DNA from: the human T2T-CHM13v2.0 reference genome, Homo sapiens
Strand: one strand, 5' to 3'
Assembly: GCF_009914755.1 (NCBI RefSeq)
Contig: NC_060926.1
DNA: 64,000 nt
Shown in pieces: positions 53,335-64,000 of this stretch (the first letter of the stretch is position 1; each line of letters starts with the position of its first letter). A model generated the notes under the pieces. The model was not told the DNA's origin, searched no databases, and saw only the letters and a list, made by a program, of their open reading frames with translations. The position numbers were made by a program, and so were the translations under genes.

Positions 53335-56300
53335 AGTGCCACAAATTTTGCCCTGGGACCTTTCTACACATGCAAATTTCCAGCAACAGAGGCCACAGAA
53401 CTGTGGCCCTTCAGGAGCATTCTTCCCAAGCTTGCTTGGCAGAGGCATCACCATGGTGGTTGGAATCATAAAACATCGCCCACAGTTTGTGTCTGCCCAA
53501 GTGTCCATCTTGGTGCCAGTTTGAAAGTATTCCACCATGGTGGTTGAAGCACCATATTAAGGTTCTTTCTTTAAAATATTTTTTTTTCTTTAGCTAATTC
53601 AGCCCTGCATCATGTTACTTTTAGAGAAATTGTTACAAAAATCCATTTGAGAGGAATCTGTTAATTAAAAAAAAATTGATAGTACACTTTCTAACAATAC
53701 ATTTCAAGTATTGGTGTCCTGAATCTATTCCTAACAGGGAAACTATTATTTTCTTTTTTAACTGTTTGCCAAAGGAGACAGTCATTTGTTTATTTATTTA
53801 CTGTGCATTGTCTTTCCTCTTTACCTGAAAAGTGAAGAATTGGCAGGGTTCTTGCTGCAACATGAAGAACCATGGGATAATTTCATGGAGCAACAGTGAA
53901 GTTATATGTTAGTTTCTCTCACTTAGAGAAGATGGGGAATTTGACTATTGATTTCAAATTTTCTCTGTCTGGGCAGGAGAGCTTGTATTTTATTAAATGC
54001 AGTCAATTTGTGGTGAAATATTCTTTTTATTTTTCAAGATAGATTGCTGATTTACTTTAGAAGGGTGGGAAAATAAGTCTGTACCTGCTGAGTGCTGAAG
54101 AGAAGTGTTTATTTGCTTTATTGATTTGATCCATTTTTGTGAGATGTTTTCTATGTATTTTTCATTTGGCTACAAAACCTGCCCACAAATGGTCCTGGCT
54201 GTTGTACTGCTTCAGCATTCTGGAGAATAGCTCCAAAGAGTAGAGTTTGGAATTTGCAAATAATTCTTTTGTTGGAGAAGCCTTTCGTGGAGAGAAGCTC
54301 TGTGCCTCGGATATGGACAGGCTTATAACAGCAACCTCTATACTTTCCAGTGATCTTGATTGGTTAAGTTGTCTTACGGTTCGAGGGTATGAACAAAATA
54401 AGTTTTGGCTTCCCAGCTAGGACCCTCAGATCATTGTTAAGTGGGAAGCATGATCAATCACAGGTACTAACATAAATACCAAGAATATTAAGCTTTCAAA
54501 AATGGTCCTTCTGGCCTTGAATTCTTTATTTGGTATCAGAGGATGAAAGCTTCCTGTTTAAAAACAAAATGATGATACTGCTTCCGATTGAAAACTTATT
54601 CATTTATTTAAAAGCTAGACTTAAAAAAAGCTAGACTTTTAAAAGGCCATTCAATTATGATGAGCAAGAAGAATGTCTGATCTATAGTTTTAAGTGGAAA
54701 AGTATAATGTACATACTATGTATATAAAATTTTACTCAAAATTTTACATACAAGATGTAAAATGTGAGTATGTTTATATGTAGCAACTGGGAGGCATTTT
54801 GGATTACATAGGCTATTTTGTAGGGATTTAGATTATAGGTGACTTTAAACAAATTTGGTTGTGTTAATTTTAGAACATTATTTATGCTAAAAAAGAGCAT
54901 TGGATACTTTTGTAAAATGATGACTCCTTTATGTGATTGGGACTAATTATCTTGACATTTTCTGGCTGAGTTAAAAAATTTTTTGAATGTTGGGTTTCTT
55001 TCAAGTCATATCTGATTCCATTAGAGTTGACCATTTCTACTTTCTTTACAGAGGAAATCAGACCAAGATTTTTAGATCTAGACTGGAAAGATAAACATAA
55101 ATTTTATTGCAATTTAAATTACATATAGTATCCATCCAATTTTGACAGAATAGGCTCAGGATTCATTGATATTTTTTATTTCTTCGATAATGAGGTAGAG
55201 AAAATAAACTTGACAAATTCTAAACTATACTCAACTGTTCTAGAAATAATATATAATAAGCTTCCATTAATGGAATGACCTGTTGCAATGAAGTATATTT
55301 TTAAAAATCCTTATGTATATATTTCAAGATTAGAAAGCTCACACACACACAATTTTTTTTAATATATAAAGGAGAAAACAGGTTTGTCATACAATTAGTT
55401 CATATACATATGAGGTCAGTTAACTCTGTTCAGCTTTTAGTCATGCATAGAAGGATAGCTAAAGATAGCAGATTCAACCCACTTCATTTCCTATGTGCGC
55501 CTAAAGGCACTGATGCTGAGTTTTGGCAGAGAAAATAAATTCAAATATAAGAGGATGTAGGCATGTTGATTTCCAGACCAGAGAAAGAAGTTAAAGAAGT
55601 AACTTTGTTTTGGATAGAGGTGGGTGGGAAGGACGCTCTCTTTGAAGTAATGTTCGGAGCTTAGATGATGTTCTAGGAGCCTTTCCAAATTTAATTATTT
55701 TTGTGCTCAGTATTTCAAATTTCAAATAATTACAGTTATCTAAATTTCAATACAGGCATATGGGTTCCCCATTTCCTGTGACTTATAACTGTACTTGTTT
55801 GGGGGAAGGAAGTTTCAAAGGTGAGATTCATTTTCATGGTGGCTGTGGTTGTTTCCATTGTGCACTTTTCCAGGCAGTTGTTGTGAAAGCAGCCCAGGAA
55901 ACTTTGCTTATCACTGGCTAAAAGGCGATACTTAAAGGTGAGCTTTTGGGTGGTGGAGCAGGAAGTGGTGAAAGAAATACATAAGAAAGTAATCTTGGAA
56001 CAAAAGCCTTGCCAATTTGTTCATTCTTGCATTTTTAAAAAAAAAAGAATAATAAAGATTCGATAATCCTGGATTCTCAGAGCAATGCTTCCATCACTGT
56101 GCTTCATCCTGAAGAGCAATTTGTTCATCTACATTAGGTTTCTTATTTATATTCACATATGGATAGGTATTTCTTTACATTCGGCTGCCTCTTATTATAT
56201 ACTGAAAAGACAATATGCTTTTCCAGTCTTGTAGCATTGTTGCTGGTTTGGGACATCCCCACGTATTAAAAACATGCAACTGGCATAGGATGTTTACCCC

Positions 56301-56719
56301 ATTAATTAAATTTTTCCTAATGCAGTTTATTGTGGGTGCTATTTTCAGGTCATGCTTCTATTTGTAGTCTCTCTCTCTCTCTCTCAAGTAGATTTTTAAA
56401 AAAACAGGTCTAGAAATCTTTGTGAAACTTAAAAAAAATTTTATGGAGTTATAAGCATTTCTTTCAAATTAACGCTTATTTAGATACCTAAAATGTTATC
56501 ACCTGGAGTTTTTTTTAATGTAGATAACTCAACTTGACTTCTATTTTTTTCTTGTTTAAAAGTTTGTTGTTGTTGTTGTTGTTTTTAAAATGAGAGTTCT
56601 TATTGATGGGAGAATACTGAGCCCCCCTTTCCCTAATATGTAGATGAAAAGGGGAAATTAATGATTGACTGAACTTTTCACTTTTATCCAGATGTCTTTG
56701 CTTTCTGTCTACTTAGCCT

Positions 56720-56721
<2 letters not shown>

Positions 56722-56772
<51 letters not shown>
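56722..56772. repeat. Perfect (GT)~25 microsatellite
   Basis: Read directly. Confidence 0.97.
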
Positions 56773-56779
<7 letters not shown>

Positions 56780-58349
56780 CTACAGGCATGTGTTCTAACC
56801 CTCCAGTCCCAGGTAGAAATTGGTGGGGTCAGTTCTGGGATGGTGATAGAATCTGGCAGCATAAAGTGGTGTGGGTGGGTGTCGCTTCAGCTAGAACCAA
56901 AATGCTCAGATATCCTTGCAGGTACAGGTGTGCTGGGATGGACTGCAGGACTATAATGTGGAGATGGCACCTGCCAACAAATTCCAGTGACCAAACAAAG
57001 GGAATGACTGCTCTTTGGAGACTGTAATTGTGGTCTCACAGCAGATCTCACATTGTTCTATGCTCCGTGGTAAAGGGACAATTTATGTGTTGTTTCAAGA
57101 AATTATTATTCACATTTCTTCAAAAGAACTCTGCTTTGTAGTATTCCTGGGGACATTCCTATTTGACTGCAACAGTGACTGCCTTAAAGTGGTGAGAAAA
57201 AGTGATCTTCACACATAGAAGTTAGGAAAGCAAAGGTGATTGGGGACTGTGGTATAAATGTGTTATTAAAATTCATCTCTTATATGGTGAGCTATATCTA
57301 ATTTCAGAAATAGATTTTATCAACCAGAATCAGCAATATCTTTCAGTCTGCAGTTCTCTGTTACACAGACACATTCTCTATTAAATATATTTTTCTCTTA
57401 AAACTGGGAATATTATCTGATGCCTGTGTATGAGTGACATACTCCAAGTCCCATCTGCTGATCTACCTTTCAAATATTCCGATGTCCTCCTTGTTTCCCA
57501 TTTTTTACTGTTCAGGTCCTCCACAGAACATTACTGTCCCAGCAGACCTTTTATCCAAGGACTGTTGATCACAACCCAAGAGCTGTCATCCTATTTGCAT
57601 TCTGTGGAAGCATCATTATTCACAACACTTGATGTCCATAAAAACACATTAAAACTATTTCCTTGAGCAAAAATAATCAGCTCTCTGCTGTACATATCAT
57701 TTGTGTACTCAAATTGTAAAATGTAAATTGATATATAAGAAAATGGCCCATTAACTTTTTCATTAATGACAATAATACATTTTGTACACCAGCAGTAGGA
57801 GGATCTTGCCTCTACTTTAGCAACCTGAAGGGTAAATGGAGCCCTCCTTCTTTTTCTTTTCTAATTTCATAAAAATGGTGGGTATCATCAAGCAGAGATT
57901 CTTTTATGTATCTTACTTGCCTTAAAATACAGAACCTTTGATTTATTATAAAATTAAAACTACCCTGGTATCCTATGTGTGTTTTTTTAAAGAAAGCCAA
58001 AAATAATTATTTACTATTTGATTATGCCTGAGAGGACAAGTTTTCACCATGGATAACATGTAATTATCTTAAAATGTTTATTATAGTTTCAGTACTTAAT
58101 TATATGCTCCCATATTACATTTAAAGTATTACCAAAATCTTAAAGTATTAAAAAAGGATGTCTTTTATAGCCAGATAACTGTCATAAAATGCAAATCTAT
58201 AACTGATCTGAAAACACTGAATATAACTTTTTGTTATGAGATAGGGATATTTTTATTAAATTTCATTAGGATTTACTTTGATTACTTTTTGATGAGAATG
58301 TAGCATAAGCATGCTTTTTATACAAGAGAATATTGAATTAGTCAGTTGT

Positions 58350-61150
58350 CTTTTTTTTCAGGTATTAATGATAGTCATATTCTTTCAGGGATGTAACTCC
58401 TATAGTGCCTACATGAGCAGTTGTCAAACCACAGTATTTGATTGAAACATGGATTAATAATTTGTCTATCACTGATACATCATGCACTAAGAGATAAAGA
58501 GCATCTGATATTAACTGAGAAATAAAATCTGCCTTCAGTAAATTGCGTAGAAAAATTACACAGTACATTTAAATTACCATTTGCTTAGCAACATGCCCTT
58601 GTAGCCATTCCAGTGGGGCTATAAAATGATCGATTTACTTTAATTTTCTACTGAATCCTGAAAAAAATGACTATCAGTAACCTATCCCTTCATCATAGCA
58701 TGCTGATTCACTCTGTGTATTAAATTTACTGGCAAGGAGCAAGACGTTAACAAAAAGTAACAGATAATGTGAACATTTCATGCATAATCTGTAATATGAG
58801 ATATGTATTAATAGGGAAATTATGATGCATTCAATTATTCTGAAATGCCTTCCAGAGATGTTTTGATTTGGCTGCGCTCGGATAGTAGCAGCACAGCGGG
58901 GAGCATCTCAAGTGATGAATAACCTAATCTCCTAATCTCAAAATGGGCACTATTCACAGTTAGCCTGGGAGAGGCTGGTGGAAGAAAGCACACTTTGCAG
59001 ACAAGGCCACTAAGATGAATCCAACAAAAATAACAACTCAAACAACAACAAAATAACCAGCACCCCAGCCTGCCAGCCTGCTACCATGCCACCCAGCCTT
59101 TTAAAAATCAAGATATGAAATGCAGAGCTCTAAGGAATCTGTTTTGTTCCCTGTGATCACAGTGGTCTAGATTCCAATCGGAGAGGTACCTTTCCATGCC
59201 TCTCAGCCAAACTTACAAGACAAAAGGCTATAAAAATGATTGCACTTGCCTTAGTGCTGTTAGGACTCTGGTATTTATGAGACATTATGTAAGCACAAGA
59301 ACCCTTACTAATTTGCCACGTTTCATGCACACCTGGAATAATCTTCCCCGTGTATACCGGCTTTTTTTTTTTTTCCTTTTCCTTAATTTCCAAAGAAAGC
59401 CTACCCCAACAGGAAACTGTTCATTTTGTGTCATAAGCCCCCTGTTCTATAAAGCTGCTTGGGCGTAATTAAGTGGCTACGTTTACTTCTTCATGTGGGG
59501 AACAATGGTCTGGCTCCTTGGAGAGGTCAAGCAGGATTTATTTTATTGTGTACAGAGTCGGAGGAGTGGAGGAGGTTGTCAAGACAGTAGCTGGTCATTC
59601 CTTTGCCATTTATGTGGCCCTCTCTATGTAAGAGTAAGGCTGTATATATTTTTTCAACCTCTGATTTGCTTCCCTTTTTTCCTGGGATCATTGCTACAAA
59701 ACTATTAGGTAATACTCTGTTGTAAGGAAAATCAGTCCTGAGGAAAATGTGCTATGCATGTATGCCTTCCCCCACCCTCAAATTACTTGATTGCAGCGGG
59801 CTCACTTTTTGATTAATGCAATTTTGCATAAGGTAATATTACACGAGTGTATTACTTTTCAGTAATTATTCAATGGAGTTAATATGGCAGACTTCTTGAA
59901 GAAAAATTAGAACCGTGGCGTCTCATTTCTCTAAATCCCCAGCACTGTTCAGTAGGGTAACAATAATAATTATGTATAAATAAATAAATTTCTTTTATCA
60001 ATGTTCACTTGGGCTAGAAATAACGGGCAGCCTCATCCCCAATCAGAACACTAACGGCTGTACTTTTTAATTAGCAATGTTCCGAGGGGCAGAAATGATT
60101 TTATGTGCAGTTTTGTTATGCTGCAGTTTGGGAGAGTGACACAGTGATTTGTTATAACAAGGATCTTTGCAGTTTAATCATCGTGTGAAATTATGTGTGC
60201 TATTTTGCTTTTGCTTTCCCTTGCACCTTTGAGTTTGCGCCACTCCACAACGGAGGACAGGAAAGGCTCGTGGACTCCTTTTCCTAAAGCAATTTTCTCT
60301 CCTTTAGGTCTGATTTCACGTGAGCATCATTTTAAATTCCAGCAAGATGTGGTTCTATTTAACTAGCCCTTGCTTACAGAGGTCCCATGCCTACTATTAT
60401 ATTTCCTTACCATGATACATACTTTGCAGTGCATTTTTCTCACTAATCATGGTTTAGCAAACAAGGAAGGAGGGCCCCGTTTTATGAAACTTTCTGATGA
60501 GTGATGTTCAGTTTATTTCAGTCTTTAGTATACTAGAATGTACAATTGCTCTGAAGATAAATAAAAGATTCAGCCGGGTGCCACTGGAGAGCAGAGCAGC
60601 ATGTCTTTGGCATTGCTTGAGACTTATCTGATTTGGATTTGTATACCTCATGGGGAATGGCAAAATATTGGAACAGACGGCTTGATATTTCCGAAGAATA
60701 TAGTGGGCTTTATTAGCACCAGTTTCGCTCCCTGACTGACGGCTTTTTCAAATTTTTTATCTTATTAATCCGTGCTACTGTATGTAAATGTTATTCCTCT
60801 CTGCATAAGGGAGGCAACCAGCGATTTGTAATAAATGCTTATGAGTGCCTGAGGCTGCACTTAAACTTTAAAACATCTATTATTAAGTTGCAAAAAAACA
60901 CTGTAATGGCCAATAGTGACCTCATAGGAATTTTAAACTGTGGTCTGCTCTTCTGCATTAAAAACAAAAAAATTGCCTCAAGTTAGAATTATGAGCAATG
61001 CTATTTTAACAGCTGCATTTTGATTATTAAAGTGTGTTTTACAACTGAATTACAATGCTTTTATGGACTCTAGGTATAAGATTTAAAAAGGTCATTAAAC
61101 ATAGTCGGGTTTTGTCACAGTAGGTGTCATTGTATACAATGGACACTACA
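58350..61150. promoter_or_regulatory. Candidate cluster of conserved non-coding elements
   Basis: No recognisable transposons, locally retained CpGs (about 59790-60800), and dense homeobox/POU-like motifs and dyads. Conservation inferred. Confidence 0.45.
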
Positions 61151-63744
61151 CAATCTATTTTATGTCACCGCACTTAGGATTTAAAATAGCATGCAGGAGC
61201 ACTTTAGTTTGTTTAACCATGTAGATTACTATAGACCTCTCAAGGATTTTGACAGTTTGCAGTCTGAGATGACTACTTTCATTATTATTTTATTAATTTG
61301 ACAAGAAGCCCTACAGATTTTCTGTGTATCACCGATCCATTTGTCCCAGAAATAATTAAAAATGCCAGCCTGGAGCAACAGACAACAGATACACTTCTGG
61401 CAAATCAATGTTCAAAAATGCATTGCTTGTACTGTAGCCAACTCTTTAGTCCTGAAACATTTCTACATTTTCTCCATCTGATCATATATGGGCTCGTTGA
61501 CAATAGGTATTGACCTATGGTGTAGGTTTTCCAAATGTAGCACCTTTAAATTGATTTATCCATTATGTCATTATGCTGAATACTATATGTAATGTTTACA
61601 TCTCTTGCTGCACAAATACAGGGTAAAGTTGCTGAAATTTCCCAGGGCTGCCTCTGTTGTATACGGCTCAGCAAGGCGGTAAATGTAAACTTCAGTTTGT
61701 CTTATGTATGCCCTGCCTGTTAGCTACTTATATGTAAATCTTTAATTTTCTTTTCATTAATTTGGCATGGTGTTATGCCTGTGACTAGCTGGAGTCCATG
61801 CCATCCGTGAAACTGATTTCTGGGTGCCTGATTGTTGATGAGGACACAGGGATGGAGGTGTGATAAGGAGCATACAATCCTCAAAATAGTTGACAAAATG
61901 TCACAAAGGATTTTATTTGCATGTAGTACCCTGGGTAGGACATAATGATTAGTGTGCAGTGCATCGCTGGCACTGCGTATCCGAGCTCATCCAGATAACA
62001 TGTCTGCTGCACAGCTTTGAATATTGTATATGTACTTTGAACATATCTATGACTAGCAAAGCTGTCATTCTGTTGAAAAATGTAGCTGCACGAATGACAA
62101 TACTGGTTTGATTTTTTTTTTAAAGAGGACATCTTCTAAATAATTATTATCATGCTAATAACATTTGTATTCTTTTGTGTATAATTAAGATCTGCCTGTC
62201 TAAGCATGAAATAGGGTTGAAATCGTGAATGAGTATGCTATCCTTAACCTATTTAGTAAATCAGTTTTAATTTGGCTTTCTTTAGGTTAAATCATAACAA
62301 TAGACTGCTGTATACAAAAACCCACACTTCTTGGCTGTAAACAATCTTGGAAATATTTAACACTCAGCAAAGCTTCCCACAAAATTAAAGGAGCCCCTCT
62401 TATGAACGTTAAGTGTTGAATCAAAGATAATAATTCAATGATATAGAAGTCATTTATTTTATAAAGTTAAAATTATTTATTTCTCAGAATGATAAATACC
62501 CAAGCAATTTTATATTCTGACCTCTTTGGCTTTGGCATTTTTTTCTTATGTAACAAAAAAATTAATCTAAGACAATATTCCACCTACTTCTGAGAGGACA
62601 TGAGGCAGCAAACAGGATAAAAAACAGTGAAACATAAGCCATTTACGGATAAAACATAACAGGTTATGTAATTTAATGATCACAAACTGTTTTGGAATAC
62701 ATCGTGCCTTTTTGTTCCCTTAAAATAAGATAATCTGTTTTGAGCAGGATCTTTTTTTGTTTGCTTTTCTGTTTGTTTGTTTGTTTTCTGGTATAATTTC
62801 ATGGCTAATACCTAGGCAGGCAATCATGCTAAAAGAAATTATCTTTGTCATTTTGCAAGGGTTATTCTTTATTTTGAAGGTTCTTATGGCTTCTATAACC
62901 TAGCATATTTACCCTTCCCTATCCCAACTGTAACCATTTGCATGCTGTCATTTATAAGGTTATTGGAAAACACCTCCATTTATCAATTATGAGAGAACAC
63001 AGACTGCTCGGGAACAGTTTGAGCAGCATCCTTGGCAAGTGAAATGTCTAAAGAGGTGGGGGGCTGAGAAAGAAAGAAAAGAAGAGAAAATGGCAACAGG
63101 AGGAAAGTGGGAGTGTAAAGAACTCATTGACGTTTCTGCTTTTGTTTTCCTGCTGAGCTCTACTTGCCCTCCTTCCCACAGCTTTCCAGGTGTTGTACAC
63201 ACAGGCCCCTGCCACTTGATTTTTCCATCCATATTTTTGGTGCTCATGCTGTTTTTCTGTGAATCTGCATTTGTTTCTCAGTCATCAGCAAATATGTTCT
63301 GGATGTCTGTGCATTGAAGGCCTAGCATTGTGCAGAGCCCCATGAGGAATACAGAGGGAGTGAGGATGGGACCTATTCTCACCTCCTATCATGGGCAGAA
63401 CAAGCCTTTACAAAAGTACCAATTCAAAATAAACAGAAAATATAATATGAGGTGAGTGCTAAGTAAATGAAATCACATTTACAAAATGGTTTGCACTATA
63501 GTGGTTTACAAGTCATCATTTCTTAATAAATGCTAGTCACTAATAATAATATGTTGATGATGATGATAATTTGATGCCAGTAAGGACTGAAGCAGTTGCC
63601 ACAGAGGAAGAGGTTAAAATGGAGCAAAGTTTTCTGCCACTTAGGAGACCCTCAGCATTTGAAGGGTCTTCCACAGTGGAAGATGCTTTGCTAGGTCCTC
63701 TCTGACCCAAGCCCCATTCTCTCATTTCTCTGACTCGTTTTCTT

Positions 63745-63945
63745 TATGGCAATTAATACCTTCTGATATACTACCTAATTTGCCATCGACTGTTTTTTTG
63801 TCTGTCGCCTTTCTCTGGAATGTAAGCTTCATGAGTGCAGGGATCTTTGTTTTGTTCGTTGAGAAACCCCAAAGTCTTTGAGAGTGTAATGGAACAGAGT
63901 CAGCACTTAATACCTATTTCTTGAATGCTGAATGAATGACTGAAA
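63745..63945 (+). mobile_element. L2 3' end
   Basis: 'gaatgtaagcttcatgagtgcagggatctttgttttgttc...tgaatgaatga'. Confidence 0.8.
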
Positions 63946-64000
63946 GCTTGTCTAATTTGCCTGCCTCCTCTCTGTTTTCTAATCTCATCATCTGAGTGTT

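Noticed and set aside
54610-54638. aaaagctagactt duplicated with period 16
   Set aside because: Trivial slippage next to A-runs.

Overview
This is AT-rich, CpG-depleted, non-coding primate (human-like) genomic DNA. The evidence is the presence of Alu, THE1B/C, MSTB and L1PA elements. I find no credible protein-coding exon, RNA gene, CpG island or CRISPR-like array; the supplied ORFs are short and fall mostly in repeats or low-complexity DNA. Transposon-rich blocks (L1M, L2, MIR, MaLR/ERVL LTRs, MER DNA transposons, six near-full-length Alus) alternate with repeat-poor blocks rich in homeodomain, MEIS and POU-like motifs. That layout resembles a gene desert or large intron with conserved non-coding enhancers (inference; the locus was not identified). 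The most unusual structure is a young complex templated insertion at about 17209-17500: 22 bp copied from a nearby L1 joined to a 250-bp, 99%-identical copy of 21465-21714, flanked by a 9-bp duplication. Other notable items are a cryptic homology between about 25730-25830 and 38337-38428, a palindrome-dense element with a CTCF-like motif (53280-53550), a 10-bp-phased octamer triplet, and a full-length THE1C with DUX4-type motifs in both LTRs. I see no evidence of a new multi-gene system. Repeat subfamily names come from recalled consensus sequences and need confirmation with RepeatMasker/Dfam.
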